The position numbers were made by a program, and so were the translations under genes. A DNA stretch of 64,000 nt, taken from Chthoniobacteraceae bacterium. Its GTDB lineage: Bacteria > Verrucomicrobiota > Verrucomicrobiia > Chthoniobacterales > Chthoniobacteraceae. The notes under the pieces were generated by a model. That model was not told the DNA's origin and did no database searches. It worked only from the letters and a program-made list of their open reading frames with translations. The stretch lies in the NCBI GenBank assembly GCA_040081625.1, contig JBEBGD010000003.1:59280-123279 (forward strand), written 5' to 3'. Positions 9,846-20,530 of this stretch are shown here, in pieces (positions within the stretch are counted from its first letter, which is position 1; each line of letters begins with the position of its first letter).

Positions 9846-9874
9846 AGAATCGTCGCCTCGTCGCCTTTCCGCAA
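9846..9874 (-). promoter_or_regulatory. Putative sigma70-type promoter for a leaderless TA transcript
   Basis: On the minus strand TTGCGG-17 nt-GATTCT-6 nt-ATG, with no Shine-Dalgarno. Confidence 0.4.
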
Positions 9875-9876
9875 CG

Positions 9877-10857
9877 TCAAAACACCCGCGGCTCGCCTTC
9901 GCCGATGATGGCGACGCGTTCCTCGATGCCGTGCTTTCGCGCGCAGGCGCGGAGACGATCGACGGGTTCGTGCAGCGGCTCGTAGCTCAGGCGAAACGAA
10001 CCGTAGTGCATCGGCACCATCCACTGCGCGCCGAGATCGTGAAAGGCCTGCACGGCTTCCTCGGGATTCATGTGGACTTCGCGCCCGCTCGGCGGGTCGT
10101 AGGCGCCGATGGGCAGCAGCGCGACGTCGATCTTGTGGCGCTGGCCGATCTCGCGGAAGCCGTCGAAATACGCCGTGTCGCCGCAGTGGAAGATGGTGCG
10201 TCCGGCGACTTCGATGATGAATCCGCCGAAGCCGCGATGCGAATCGTGCAACATGCGCGCGCCCCAATGATGGCAGGGCGTGAGCGTGATGCGCAGCGGG
10301 CCATGCTCGTAGCGCTCCCAGTAGTGCAGCTCGTGAACGCTGTGAAAGCCGAGGTCATGCACGAGATTGCCGACCTCGAAGGGCACGACGATGGGCTGCT
10401 CGGAGGCGACCTTGCGCAGCGTCTTGCGGTCGAGGTGATCGAAGTGCGCATGGGTGACGAGCACGAGGTCGATCGCTGGCAGGTCGTTAAGTTTCAGCCC
10501 CGGATGCCGCACGCGCTTGATGACCTTCAGCCACTTCGCCCAGTTCGGATCGATGAGCAGATTGAGCCCGGCGAGCTGGAGCAGGAAGGACGCGTGGCCG
10601 ATCCACGTCACGCCGACGTCGCTGTCCTTGAGCTTGGGAAATTTCGGCGCGTTGTGGTTGCCGGCGCGCTTGGTGAAGAGCGACGGGATGAGCACTTCGG
10701 TCAGGAAGTTGCGCTTGTGCCAGCCATTCGCGGGCTTGAGCCCGACCTTCTTCGCGCCCGCGGCTTTCGCGCGCGCGCGAGTGGCGGGCTTCGGTGCATG
10801 CGCGGATTTTCGGATCTCCGCCTTCGCTTTCCCGAGTCGTTCAAATGGGTTGAGCAC
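9877..10857 (-). CDS. MBL-fold metallo-hydrolase (NAPE-PLD/RomA-like); start uncertain (10857 or 10893)
   Basis: [36 protein letters not shown] and PMHYG motifs; Lys/Ala-rich N-terminal extension. Confidence 0.85.
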   Translation of the reverse strand: MLNPFERLGKAKAEIRKSAHAPKPATRARAKAAGAKKVGLKPANGWHKRNFLTEVLIPSLFTKRAGNHNAPKFPKLKDSDVGVTWIGHASFLLQLAGLNLLIDPNWAKWLKVIKRVRHPGLKLNDLPAIDLVLVTHAHFDHLDRKTLRKVASEQPIVVPFEVGNLVHDLGFHSVHELHYWERYEHGPLRITLTPCHHWGARMLHDSHRGFGGFIIEVAGRTIFHCGDTAYFDGFREIGQRHKIDVALLPIGAYDPPSGREVHMNPEEAVQAFHDLGAQWMVPMHYGSFRLSYEPLHEPVDRLRACARKHGIEERVAIIGEGEPRVF

Positions 10858-10928
10858 AGCGGAGGAGTGTAGGTTCGCGCGGTTCGGAGGCAAAACTTTC
10901 GTCAGGGAATATCAGCTCTCCGCGCGCC

Positions 10929-10957
10929 TTGACTTCGGGAGGGCAGCCCCACACGCT
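10929..10957 (+). promoter_or_regulatory. Putative sigma70-type promoter of tkt
   Basis: TTGACT-17 nt-CACGCT upstream of the ATG at 10985. Confidence 0.4.
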
Positions 10958-10984
10958 CGGCACCCATTTCAACCGACACAACCT

Positions 10985-12973
10985 ATGACCCTCGATACCA
11001 CCGCACTCTCCCGCGCCGCCAATGAATCCCGCGGCCTCGCCATGGACGCCGTCCACACCTGCTCGTCCGGACACCTCGGCCTGCCGCTCGGCTGCGCGGA
11101 AGTCGGCGCGGTGCTCTTCGGCCACGCGCTGCGCTACAACCCGCAGGATCCCGGGTGGATCAACCGCGACCGCTTCGTGCTCAGCGCCGGGCACGGCTCG
11201 ATGTTTCTTTATAGCTGGCTGCATCTCGCCGGTTACGCGCTCGTCACGCTCGACGAGGTGAAGAAGTTCCGCGCGCTCGGTTCGCACACGCCGGGGCATC
11301 CGGAGCAGTTTGAAACCGAGGGCGTCGAGGCGACGACCGGGCCGCTCGGGCAGGGCGTGAGCAACGCGGTCGGCCTGGCCGTTTCGCAGAAGATGGCCGC
11401 GGCGCGATTCAACACCGAATACTACAAGATCCTCGACAACCACGTCGTCTGCCTCGCGGGCGACGGCTGTCTGCAGGAAGGCGTCGCGATGGAGGCGGTG
11501 AGTTTTGCCGCGCATTACCAGCTCGATAACCTCATCCTTTTTTACGATTCGAACGACGTGACGCTCGACGCGATGGCGGACAAGTCGCAGAGCGAGGATG
11601 CCGCGGCGAAGTTCACGGCGATCGGGTGGGAAGTTCAGACCGTCGATGGGCACGACCTCGTCGCGCTCCTCGAGGCTTACGAGAAGGCGAAGGCGAACAT
11701 CGGCAAGCCGCAGTTCATCATCGCGCGCACGCTCATCGGCAAAGGCATCCCCGAGGTCGCCGGCACGAGCAAGGCGCACGGCGAAGGCGGCGCGAAGTTT
11801 GTCGATGCCGCGCGCAAGGCGCTCGGGCTGCCCGCGGAGCATTTCCACGTTTCGCCGGAGACGCGCGCCTACTTCGAGTCGCACCGGCAGAAGCTCGTCG
11901 ATAGCTACGAGGAATGGCAGGACCTTTTCCACGTCTGGCAGGCGGCCCATCCGAAGCGCGACAAGGAGCTGACCGACGCGCTCGAGAACAATCTGCCCGC
12001 CGATCTTTCCAGCCTCATCCCCGCCTTCCCCACCGACGCGAAGCTCGCGACGCGCAAGGCCGGCAGCGACGTGCTCCAGCCGCTCGCGCAGGCCATCCCG
12101 AGCCTCATCGGCGGCAGCGCGGACCTCTACGGCTCGACGCTCAATTACATCAACTGCGACAAGGATTTTAACCCGGAGAATCGCGGCGGTCGCAACATCC
12201 GCTTCGGTATCCGCGAGCACGCGATGGCCGGCATCGCAAACGGGCTCGCCTACGACGGCATCTTCCGCCCGAGCGTCGCGACCTTCCTCGTGTTCGCCGA
12301 TTACTCGCGCCCGTCGATGCGCCTCGCCGCGCTCTCGCGGCTGCCGGTGATTTATATCTACACGCACGACTCGGTCGGCGTCGGTGAAGACGGCCCGACG
12401 CATCAGCCGGTCGAGACGGTCGCCGGGCTGCGCGTCATCCCGAACTTCGACGTGATCCGTCCCGCCGATCCTGAGGAAACCGCGGGCGCCTTCATCGCCG
12501 CGCTGCAAAAGCTCACGGGCCCGACGCTCCTCGCGCTCACGCGCCAGGCCGTGCCGATGCTCAACGACATCCCCGTGAAGACGCGCCGCGAAGGCGTGAT
12601 CAAGGGCGGCTACATCGCCATCAAGGAAACCGGCCCGCTCAAGATGATCCTCATGGGTTGCGGCAGCGAGCTTCAACACGCCGTCGCCGCCGCGAAGACG
12701 CTCGGCGAAGGCGTCCGCGTCGTCAGCCTGCCGTGCATGGAGCGCTTCGACGCGCAGCCGCAAGCTTACCGCGACGAAGTGCTTCCGCCGTCGTGCCGCA
12801 AGCGCGTCGCGATCGAGGCGGGCGTCAGTTCGCCGTGGCACAAATACACCGGCCTCGACGGCAAGATCGTCGCCATCGATCGCTTCGGCATCAGCGCGCC
12901 CGGCGGCACCGTCATGGAGAAGCTCGGCATCACCGCGAAGGCGGTCGTCGATGCCGCGAACTCGCTCGGCTGA
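10985..12973 (+). CDS. tkt: Transketolase
   Basis: [46 protein letters not shown] and [15 protein letters not shown] motifs. The true start is the ATG at 10985 (MTLDTTAL). Confidence 0.97.
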   Translation: MTLDTTALSRAANESRGLAMDAVHTCSSGHLGLPLGCAEVGAVLFGHALRYNPQDPGWINRDRFVLSAGHGSMFLYSWLHLAGYALVTLDEVKKFRALGSHTPGHPEQFETEGVEATTGPLGQGVSNAVGLAVSQKMAAARFNTEYYKILDNHVVCLAGDGCLQEGVAMEAVSFAAHYQLDNLILFYDSNDVTLDAMADKSQSEDAAAKFTAIGWEVQTVDGHDLVALLEAYEKAKANIGKPQFIIARTLIGKGIPEVAGTSKAHGEGGAKFVDAARKALGLPAEHFHVSPETRAYFESHRQKLVDSYEEWQDLFHVWQAAHPKRDKELTDALENNLPADLSSLIPAFPTDAKLATRKAGSDVLQPLAQAIPSLIGGSADLYGSTLNYINCDKDFNPENRGGRNIRFGIREHAMAGIANGLAYDGIFRPSVATFLVFADYSRPSMRLAALSRLPVIYIYTHDSVGVGEDGPTHQPVETVAGLRVIPNFDVIRPADPEETAGAFIAALQKLTGPTLLALTRQAVPMLNDIPVKTRREGVIKGGYIAIKETGPLKMILMGCGSELQHAVAAAKTLGEGVRVVSLPCMERFDAQPQAYRDEVLPPSCRKRVAIEAGVSSPWHKYTGLDGKIVAIDRFGISAPGGTVMEKLGITAKAVVDAANSLG

Positions 12974-13018
12974 ACCGGACGATTTGTCAGCGCCTCAATT
13001 TCGGCTTAGCTGCGTGCG

Positions 13019-13774
13019 ATGAGAACGATCGCCCTGCTCCTCGCCTGCTCGCTCGCCGCGTTCGCGGAAGAGGAAAACCTGATCAAGAACGCGAGTTTTG
13101 AGGAGCCGGCCGTGCAGGCGCGCACCGTCGAGCGCGATGGCGGCAATCCTGCGCGCGTCGCCGATGGCGCGACCTCGTGGACGCAGTTTCAGTCCTTCGT
13201 GCGCCCGCAGGACAAACCCGGTGGCGAGCTCGTCGTCGGGATGACCAATCAGTTCGCGCGCACCGGCAAGCAGTCGATCTTCGTCGATTTTCAAAACCTC
13301 GGCGCGCAACGCCGCTCATTCCTGATCACCGACCTGCTGCCGGTGAAAGCCGGTCACCGCTATTTCATCGCGCTCTGGGGTCGCACCGATTCGAAGCGCC
13401 CGCTCACGCTCGACCAGCGCCGGCCGCTGCTGAAAATCGATGTCGAATACTTCATGAGCGACCCGGAAGAGCAGTGCGAGCAGACCGACCATCGCAACGA
13501 GCGAATCCCCGGCAGCCTCGATCGCCTGCTTTTTGTCTCCACGAAATGGACGGAGTATTTCACTTCTGTGCGTCCGCCGCAGGACGCGGCGTTCATGAAG
13601 GTCACGTTTCGATGGGAGACGGACCGGGAGGCCGGCACGACCGACGGAGCGATATACTTCGACGACGCGTCGATCACCGCGGTGCCCGGTGGCGGGAGTC
13701 TCGCGCCGCTCGATCCCGTGCCGGCCAATCCGCCGGCGCCCGGCGAGGCCGCGCCGCCGAAGGAAAACCGCTAG
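13019..13774 (+). CDS. Secreted hypothetical protein with a CBM4/9-like jelly-roll
   Basis: Signal peptide, NLIKNASFE start, IYFDDASI end strand, Pro-rich tail. Confidence 0.55.
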   Translation: MRTIALLLACSLAAFAEEENLIKNASFEEPAVQARTVERDGGNPARVADGATSWTQFQSFVRPQDKPGGELVVGMTNQFARTGKQSIFVDFQNLGAQRRSFLITDLLPVKAGHRYFIALWGRTDSKRPLTLDQRRPLLKIDVEYFMSDPEEQCEQTDHRNERIPGSLDRLLFVSTKWTEYFTSVRPPQDAAFMKVTFRWETDREAGTTDGAIYFDDASITAVPGGGSLAPLDPVPANPPAPGEAAPPKENR

Positions 13775-13795
13775 GGGTTCCCCTCGGAACAAAAC

Positions 13796-13872
13796 TGGTC
13801 GGGCCGGCGAGATTCGAACTCGCGACCTCTTGAACCCCATTCAAGCGTTCTACCAAGCTGAACTACGGCCCG
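13796..13872 (-). tRNA. tRNA-Pro(GGG)
   Basis: Reverse complement CGGGCCGTAGTTCAGCTTGGTAGAACGCTTGAATGGGGTTCAAGAGGTCGCGAGTTCGAATCTCGCCGGCCCGACCA folds into a cloverleaf with anticodon GGG, a TTCGAA T-loop and an encoded CCA. Confidence 0.97.
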
Positions 13873-13973
13873 ACGTAAGAGGGCGCGGAACCTAGCCGGG
13901 TCGGGCGGAGGGCAAAGCAGAATTTTCCGAGGATTTGATTTTCACTCGGCGGCGCGCTTCGCATCATCGCGGG

Positions 13974-15011
13974 ATGAACATCGAAAAAGTCGCCGTCATC
14001 GGCGCCAGCGGTTACTCGGGGGAGGAACTCGTGCGGCTGCTCACGCGGCACCCGCAGGTCGAACTCGTCGCGCTCACCTCGCGGCAGGTCGCCGGGCAGC
14101 CGCTCGCGAAGGTGTATCCGCGCTTCGCCGGGACGCGTTACGCGGCGCTGAAGTTCGTGGAATCGACGGTCGATGCGATCCAGGCGAGCGGCGCGCGTTT
14201 CGTCTTCCTCGCGCTGCCGCACGGCGTGGCGACGGAGTATGCGAAGCCGCTCGTGGCGGCGGGGTTGCGCGTGCTCGACTTGAGCGCGGACTTCCGCATC
14301 AAGGACGCGGAGATCTACGAGGAGTTCTACGGCGAGAAGCAGCACGCGCCGGAGCTGGCGGCGATGAGCGTGTATGGGCTGCCGGAGATTTATCGCGCGA
14401 AGATTCGCGACGCGCAGCTCGTCGCGTGTCCGGGCTGCTACCCGACAAGCGTGCTCATCCCGCTTGTGCCGCTGCTTCAGCGCGGGCTGGTGAAGCCGCA
14501 CACGATCGTGGTGAACAGCCTCAGCGGCGTGAGCGGCGCGGGGCGCAATGCGAAGACCGATTATCTTTTTGTCGAGTGCAACGAGAGCGTGCGTGCCTAC
14601 GGCGTGCCGAAACACCGGCACCTCGCGGAGATCGAGCAGGAGCTTTCGCTCGCGGTGAAGGAGAAGGTGACGATCAGCTTCACGCCGCATCTCATCCCTG
14701 TGAACCGCGGCATTCACACGACGATCCATTGCGCGCCGGGCGAGGGGATCGACGCAGGGCATATCGCGAACGCCTACCGCGAGACTTATGGAGCGGAGCC
14801 ATTCGTGCGGTTGATCGAGGGCGACGCGCTGCCGGACACGAAGAATGTGGTGTTCACCAATTTCGTCGATGTCGCGTGGCGGCACGATCCGCGCACGGGG
14901 CGGCTCGTGCTGCTGAGCGCGGAGGACAATCTCGTGAAGGGCGCCGCGGGGCAGGCCGTGCAATGCCTCAACGCGATGGGCGGATGGCCGGAGACGACGG
15001 GACTTTTATAG
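13974..15011 (+). CDS. argC: N-acetyl-gamma-glutamyl-phosphate reductase
   Basis: VAVIGASGYSG, FLALPHG, DLSADFR, CPGCYPT, SGVSGAGR, DNLVKGAAGQA. Confidence 0.97.
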   Translation: MNIEKVAVIGASGYSGEELVRLLTRHPQVELVALTSRQVAGQPLAKVYPRFAGTRYAALKFVESTVDAIQASGARFVFLALPHGVATEYAKPLVAAGLRVLDLSADFRIKDAEIYEEFYGEKQHAPELAAMSVYGLPEIYRAKIRDAQLVACPGCYPTSVLIPLVPLLQRGLVKPHTIVVNSLSGVSGAGRNAKTDYLFVECNESVRAYGVPKHRHLAEIEQELSLAVKEKVTISFTPHLIPVNRGIHTTIHCAPGEGIDAGHIANAYRETYGAEPFVRLIEGDALPDTKNVVFTNFVDVAWRHDPRTGRLVLLSAEDNLVKGAAGQAVQCLNAMGGWPETTGLL

Positions 15012-15089
15012 GCGCGAACTTTTCCGCGAAAGACGCTCGTCGCCGGGCACGGAACGCGTTCAGATTTCGCCCCCAATTTTGCACCAACC

Positions 15090-16298
15090 ATGTCCTACAC
15101 CGAAATTCCTGGCGGCGTGACCGCCGCGCGCGGCTTCCTCGCCGGCAGCGTCTATTGTGGCATCAAGGCCAGCAACGCTGACCGCCCCGACATCGCGCTC
15201 ATCCATTGCACCGAGCCGTGCGCCGCGGCGGGGACGTTCACGACCAATCGCGTGAAGGCCGCGCCGGTGCGCGTCTCGATGATGCATGTGCGCTCGCCCG
15301 ACGTGCGCGCGATCGTCGCCAACGCGGGCAATGCGAACGCTTGCACCGGGATCAAGGGGATCGAGAGCGCCAGAAAAATGGCGGCTGCGACCGCGGATGC
15401 GCTCGGGCTCAAGGAGCGGCAGGTGCTCGTGTGCTCGACGGGGCGCATCGGCGTGCAGATGCCGATCGACAAGATCAAGCCGGCGATCGCCGCGCTGCCG
15501 GCGGCTTGCTCGGAAACGGGCAGCCATGCCGCGGCGTGCGCGATCATGACGAGCGACACGCACCCGAAGGAAATGGCGGTCGAGGTGGAACTCGACGGCA
15601 CGACGGCGCGCATCGGCGGGATCGCGAAAGGCGCGGGGATGATCGATCCGAACATGGCGACGATGCTCTGCTTCATCACGACCGATGCGGCGATCGACAA
15701 GAAGCTGCTTCAGCGCGCGCTGAGTGTGTCGGTCGAGCAGAGCTTCAACCGCATCACCATCGATGGCGACATGAGCACGAATGACACTGTGTTGATGCTC
15801 GCCAACGGCGCCGCGGGCAACAAACCGCTGCGCTACGGCACGCCGGCGTTCAAGATTTTCCAGCGCGGCCTCGATCACATCACCAAGCACCTCGCGCGGA
15901 TGATCGTCGAGGACGGCGAGGGGGTAACGCGGTTCGTGGAGGTCCACGTGCGTGGTGGTGCAACTTACAGCGACGCGCGGCGCGCGGCGGAGGCGGTGGC
16001 GAACTCGAACCTCGTGAAGTGCGCGTGGTTCGGCGGCGACCCGAACTGGGGCCGCATCATGGACGCCGTCGGCTACAGCGGGGCGAAGATGCGGGAGGAA
16101 CTCGTGGACATTTACTATGACGGCGTGATCGGCGTGAAAGGCGGGCTCGCGAGCAAGACGCCTTTTGCGAAGCTCCAGGAGATCGTCAGCGAGCGTCGCT
16201 TTTCGATCTCGATCGACCTGCACATGGGTTCCGCAGATTACAGCGTGTTCACGACGGACCTGAGCGTCGATTACGTAAAGCTGAACATGGGGGAGTAG
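15090..16298 (+). CDS. argJ: Ornithine acetyltransferase
   Basis: NAGNANACTG, IMTSDT, AKGAGMIDPNMATML autocleavage site, DGDMSTND, DGEG, DPNWGRI. Confidence 0.97.
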   Translation: MSYTEIPGGVTAARGFLAGSVYCGIKASNADRPDIALIHCTEPCAAAGTFTTNRVKAAPVRVSMMHVRSPDVRAIVANAGNANACTGIKGIESARKMAAATADALGLKERQVLVCSTGRIGVQMPIDKIKPAIAALPAACSETGSHAAACAIMTSDTHPKEMAVEVELDGTTARIGGIAKGAGMIDPNMATMLCFITTDAAIDKKLLQRALSVSVEQSFNRITIDGDMSTNDTVLMLANGAAGNKPLRYGTPAFKIFQRGLDHITKHLARMIVEDGEGVTRFVEVHVRGGATYSDARRAAEAVANSNLVKCAWFGGDPNWGRIMDAVGYSGAKMREELVDIYYDGVIGVKGGLASKTPFAKLQEIVSERRFSISIDLHMGSADYSVFTTDLSVDYVKLNMGE

Positions 16299-16323
16299 CC
16301 TGCCTGGCTCAGCCGTCTTTCAA

Positions 16324-17196
16324 ATGCCCCGCACACCCATCGATCGCGCCGAAGTCCTCATCGAGGCGCTCCCGTTCATCCAGAAATTCCGAGGCCATCT
16401 TTTCGTCATCAAATACGGCGGGGCGGCGATGGAGGACGAGGGGATCGTCGAGCGGTTTTTGCGCGATGTCGTCTTCCTCGAGGCAGTCGGGATCAATCCC
16501 GTGCTCATCCACGGCGGCGGCAAGGCGATCACGGCGCGGATGCGCGAGGCGGGGCTCAAGGCGCGCTTCGTCAATGGACTGCGCGTGACCGATGAGCAGT
16601 CGATCCGCATCGTCGAGGAGGTGCTCGACGGCGCGATCAACCCCGGGATCGCGCGCAGCATCAACGAGTTTGGCGGGCGCGCGGTGGGCATCCACGGCAA
16701 GACGGTGCTCGTCGGCCGGAAGTTGCCGCTGCAGGCCGAGGGAGGCGAGTCGGTCGATCTCGGCTTCGTTGGCGAAGTCATCGACGTGGATCTCGCGCCG
16801 ATCCGCGACGCGGTTGCAAAGGAGACGGTGCCGGTGATCTCGCCGCTCGCGCGCGATGCCGAGGGGCGCGTGTTGAACATCAACGCCGACGTGGCCGCGG
16901 GCACGCTCGCGGGGCGGTTGCAGGCGGAGAAGTTCATCTACCTCTCCGACGTGCCCGGCATCATGCGCGACCCGGCGCATCGCGATTCGCTGATCCCGAC
17001 GGTGAGCCGGGCCGAGGTTGGGCACTTGCGCGCGGAGGGCATCATCACCGGCGGCATGATCCCGAAAGTGGAGAGCGCGGTGCAGGCGCTGGCGGCTGGA
17101 GTGAAGAAAGTTCACTTCATCGATGGGCGCACTCCGCACGCGCTGTTGCTGGAGATTTTCACGAACGCGGGGATCGGCACGGAGATCGTGCCGTGA
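16324..17196 (+). CDS. argB: Acetylglutamate kinase
   Basis: EALPFIQKF, IKYGGAAM, HGGG, GLRVTD, NINAD, GGMIPKV, EIFTNAGIGT. Confidence 0.97.
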   Translation: MPRTPIDRAEVLIEALPFIQKFRGHLFVIKYGGAAMEDEGIVERFLRDVVFLEAVGINPVLIHGGGKAITARMREAGLKARFVNGLRVTDEQSIRIVEEVLDGAINPGIARSINEFGGRAVGIHGKTVLVGRKLPLQAEGGESVDLGFVGEVIDVDLAPIRDAVAKETVPVISPLARDAEGRVLNINADVAAGTLAGRLQAEKFIYLSDVPGIMRDPAHRDSLIPTVSRAEVGHLRAEGIITGGMIPKVESAVQALAAGVKKVHFIDGRTPHALLLEIFTNAGIGTEIVP

Positions 17197-17253
17197 TTTG
17201 ACTTTGCGTGCGCGGGGCTCGTGCGCTTTTCTGGCCGCCCTTCGTCTTCCGAA

Positions 17254-18558
17254 ATGAAAGTCGCTGATCTGCGCGGGATTTTACAATACGTGCCCCGGTT
17301 CCGGGACCGCATCTTCGTGGTCGCGGTGGACGGCGAGATCGCCGCGTCGCCGAACTTCGCGAACATCCTGCTCGATCTCGCGGTGCTGCGTTCGCTGAAC
17401 ATCAAGGTCGTGCTGATCCACGGCGCGGGCCACCAGATCGAGCAACTCGCGGCGGAGCGCGGGGCGGCGATCACCAGCGCGGACGGCACCGGCATCATCG
17501 ACGACGCGACGCTCAAGCTCAGCCTCGAGGCGGCGACCAATGTGATGAACGAGATCATGCAGGGGCTCACCTCGGTGGACCTGCGCGCGGCTTACGCGAA
17601 CGTGATCATCTCGCACCCGGCGGGCATTCTCGGCGGCGTGGATTTCCAGCATCTCGGCCGGGTCGAGCGCATCGACACGCAGGCGCTCGAGCTTTTTCTC
17701 AACCAGGGGATCATCCCGCTCATCCCTCCGATCGGCTTCGACGGGGAGGGCCGCACCTTTCGCGTGAACAGCGACGCGGTGGCCGTCGAGGTGGCCGAGG
17801 CGCTGCGCGCGATGAAGGTCATTTTCCTCACCGGCGGCGACGGGCTCGTCGTGGGCGGCGAGATCGTGCGGCAGCTTTCGATGGCTGAGGCCGAGGACTT
17901 CGCGAAAAAGAAGCGCGCCCTGGTTGCGCCGAGATTGCTCTCGAAGCTCGAACACGCCGCGCGCGCATGCCGGCAGGGGATTCCGCGCGTGCATCTGCTC
18001 AATGGCAACGTCAACGAGGCGCTGCTGGCCGAGGTGTTCAGCCCGGACGGCATCGGCACGATGATTTACTCGAACGAGTATCAGCAGATCCGGCGCATGT
18101 TTAAAAAGGATGTGCGCGCGGTGATGACGCTGATCCGCGAGAGCATCGCGAATGAAGAACTCGCGAGCCGCACGCGCACGGACATCCTCGCGCAGCTCGA
18201 GGATTACTGGGTGCTCGAGATCGATCGAAACATCGTCGCGTGCGCAGCGATCCACCTTTATCCCGCGCAGAAAAAAGCCGAGCTCGCGTGCCTTTACGTC
18301 GCCAAGGCGGCGGAGGGGCAGGGCTATGGGCGCAAGCTGATGGCCTTCACCGAGCAGCTCGCGGCGGAGAAGGGGATGCGGCACATCTTCGCGCTGAGCA
18401 CGCAGGCGTTTAATTACTTCCAGCAAAAGGGCGGCTACGCGGAGGTCACGCCCGAAGAGCTGCCGCCCGAGCGGCGCAAGAAATACGACGCGAGCGGCCG
18501 CAACTCGAAGGTGCTGCAAAAGGCGACCGTGCTGGCGGTGAGCGCGCCGGGAACGTAG
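17254..18558 (+). CDS. argA: N-acetylglutamate synthase (AAK + GNAT domains)
   Basis: Kinase-like N-terminal domain ending EVFSPDGIGTMI, then GNAT domain AELACLYV...GQGYG...FALSTQ...SGRNSKV. Confidence 0.92.
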   Translation: MKVADLRGILQYVPRFRDRIFVVAVDGEIAASPNFANILLDLAVLRSLNIKVVLIHGAGHQIEQLAAERGAAITSADGTGIIDDATLKLSLEAATNVMNEIMQGLTSVDLRAAYANVIISHPAGILGGVDFQHLGRVERIDTQALELFLNQGIIPLIPPIGFDGEGRTFRVNSDAVAVEVAEALRAMKVIFLTGGDGLVVGGEIVRQLSMAEAEDFAKKKRALVAPRLLSKLEHAARACRQGIPRVHLLNGNVNEALLAEVFSPDGIGTMIYSNEYQQIRRMFKKDVRAVMTLIRESIANEELASRTRTDILAQLEDYWVLEIDRNIVACAAIHLYPAQKKAELACLYVAKAAEGQGYGRKLMAFTEQLAAEKGMRHIFALSTQAFNYFQQKGGYAEVTPEELPPERRKKYDASGRNSKVLQKATVLAVSAPGT

Positions 18559-18679
18559 GTCCGGCGATCGGGAAAGGTGCCGGGAGTGTATGGGTGGAAG
18601 TTCCCTTGCGCATTGGCGCGGCACTCGCTGAATGACGACGCGACGATGGAGGATTTGTCTCCGTCGCCCCTCCCAAGTC

Positions 18680-19003
18680 ATGCCCGAACTTCTATCCTCC
18701 AGCTCCGAAATCGACGAAGCGTGCCCCGAGCTCGCCGAGTGGATGCGCGCGACCCTTGGCGTCGCGGGTTCGACGGGCGGCGAGATTGCCGCGGAGTTTT
18801 GCAAGTGGGCTCGCGAACGATTTGCGCTCGACCTGCGCACGAATTGGAACCCGAGCGCCTGCGCGTTCGATGCGCGCTGGCAGGACGGTGGACGCACCGC
18901 CGAGGGGATCGAGCGTCCGTTTTCCGCCGAGACCGACGAGGAAGCGCGCCTGCGGGCGTGCGAGGGCCTGCTGCGGCTGATCAAAGCGCTGGCCGGGCCG
19001 TAG
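18680..19003 (+). CDS. Hypothetical protein, about 107 aa
   Basis: Fills the gap between argA and mgtE with typical codon usage; no recognised family. Confidence 0.5.
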   Translation: MPELLSSSSEIDEACPELAEWMRATLGVAGSTGGEIAAEFCKWARERFALDLRTNWNPSACAFDARWQDGGRTAEGIERPFSAETDEEARLRACEGLLRLIKALAGP

Positions 19004-19012
19004 CCGCGAGCG

Positions 19013-20248
19013 TTACCGGAGCATGATCGTCGCGAGGCCGAGGAAGGTGCCCATGCTCGCGACGTCGGTCGCAGTCGTCACGAAAATGCCCGACGCGGTG
19101 GCGGGATCGGCGCCGAGGCGCTTCATGGCGAGCGGGACGAGCGCGCCGGCCACGCCGCTGATGACGCAGCTTCCCATCATGGCCACGAGCGTGATCGCGC
19201 CGAGCATCCACGGGCTCGCATCGCCGCTGGGCTTCCACATCGTGTAGCCGACCATGCCGAGGCCCGAGGTAAGGCCCACGAGCGTGCCATTGCACAGGCC
19301 CAGCCATGCTTCCTTGAGCACGAGCGGCGTCACAGATCCGCGCAGTTCGCCGAGAGTGATGCCGCGCAGCATCACGGCGAGCGCCTGGCAGCCGGTGTTG
19401 CCGCTCTGGCCGGCGAGCACGGGCTGAAAGACGGCGAGCGCGACGAACCGCGCGACCGTGTCCTCGAAGTATCCTACCACGGCGGCCGCGCAGAACGCGG
19501 TGATGAGATTGAGCTGCAACCACGGATGGCGGAACCGCAGGCTGCGCGACCAGTGTGTGTAGAGCCGCTCCTCTTTCTCGACACCGACCATCGAGCCCGC
19601 TTGCGAACTCAACTCGAACGCCTGCGCCTCGAAGAGCATCTGCCCGCGCACCACACCGATGAGGCGGTGCTCGGCATCGACGACGGGATAGACCGGGAAA
19701 TGGCGCATGAGCGTGGCCTTCATCGCCTCGACGAGATCCTGCTCGGCCCGCAGCACGAAGGGCTCGCGGATCATGATCTCGCTCAGCGGTTGGTCCGGCC
19801 GGCCGAGCAGCATCTCGCGCATCGCGACGACGCCGCAAAGCCTCTCGGATTCTTCGGCGACAAAGACGTAGGTGATGAATGCGCGTGCTGTCAGCAGGTG
19901 CAGGCGCTGGACGGCTTGCGCGATGGTCGTCTGAGGCTCGAAGACCGCCAGAGCCGGTTCCATCAGCCGCCCGACGGTGTGATCGGCGAAGGTCTCGTTG
20001 TGCGTCCACTGGCGGCGATCCTCGGTCGAGGCCGTGGCGAGGAGCAATTCGCGGCGCTCGCGGGGCAGCGCGGCCAGCAGGTCCTGCCGCAAGGCGGGAT
20101 TGAGCAGTGCGACGACTTCCTCGACGGATTGAATCGGAATGTCCGCGAGCAACGCCGCTGCTTCGGGCGCACTGCGAGTCATGACCTCGCCAAACAACTT
20201 GTGGACCTGCTCATCGCGCGATGGATCGCGTGTGGGATCGGAATTCAT
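19013..20248 (-). CDS. mgtE: Magnesium transporter MgtE
   Basis: CBS pair, membrane domain with RHPWLQLNL, GQSGNTGCQ and DPATASGIFVTTATD (conserved Mg-binding Asp). Confidence 0.9.
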   Translation of the reverse strand: MNSDPTRDPSRDEQVHKLFGEVMTRSAPEAAALLADIPIQSVEEVVALLNPALRQDLLAALPRERRELLLATASTEDRRQWTHNETFADHTVGRLMEPALAVFEPQTTIAQAVQRLHLLTARAFITYVFVAEESERLCGVVAMREMLLGRPDQPLSEIMIREPFVLRAEQDLVEAMKATLMRHFPVYPVVDAEHRLIGVVRGQMLFEAQAFELSSQAGSMVGVEKEERLYTHWSRSLRFRHPWLQLNLITAFCAAAVVGYFEDTVARFVALAVFQPVLAGQSGNTGCQALAVMLRGITLGELRGSVTPLVLKEAWLGLCNGTLVGLTSGLGMVGYTMWKPSGDASPWMLGAITLVAMMGSCVISGVAGALVPLAMKRLGADPATASGIFVTTATDVASMGTFLGLATIMLR

Positions 20249-20308
20249 GCCGTTGCTTCTATCCCTGGCAGCGCCGCCGCCAAGCTCGGAAGACGTGTCC
20301 CCGCCGCT

Positions 20309-20530
20309 TTATGGCGCGGTCTGCTCGATCTCGATCAAGTCCGCGATGCGCAGCGTCTCACCGCGCGCGGCGGGATGGGGCAGGTCCGGACCTGCGACGA
20401 ACCGGCAGATGCGGCGAAGGTTTTCGCGCGACTCACCGGAGCGCAGCGCGATCGTGACGCGGGATCCGCAGCCAGGAAGTTCGGCAACGATTTCCACGTC
20501 GGCGAGGGCCGTGACTCTAAACCGTTGCAT
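20309..20530 (-). CDS. Small hypothetical protein, 73 aa
   Basis: MQRFRVTALADVEIV...; co-oriented with mgtE; no recognised family. Confidence 0.35.
   Translation of the reverse strand: MQRFRVTALADVEIVAELPGCGSRVTIALRSGESRENLRRICRFVAGPDLPHPAARGETLRIADLIEIEQTAP

Noticed and set aside
13775..13872. tRNA-Pro as an integration site for an island or prophage
   Set aside because: No integrase was seen, no duplicated tRNA 3' end was noticed, and the flanking genes are housekeeping-like.
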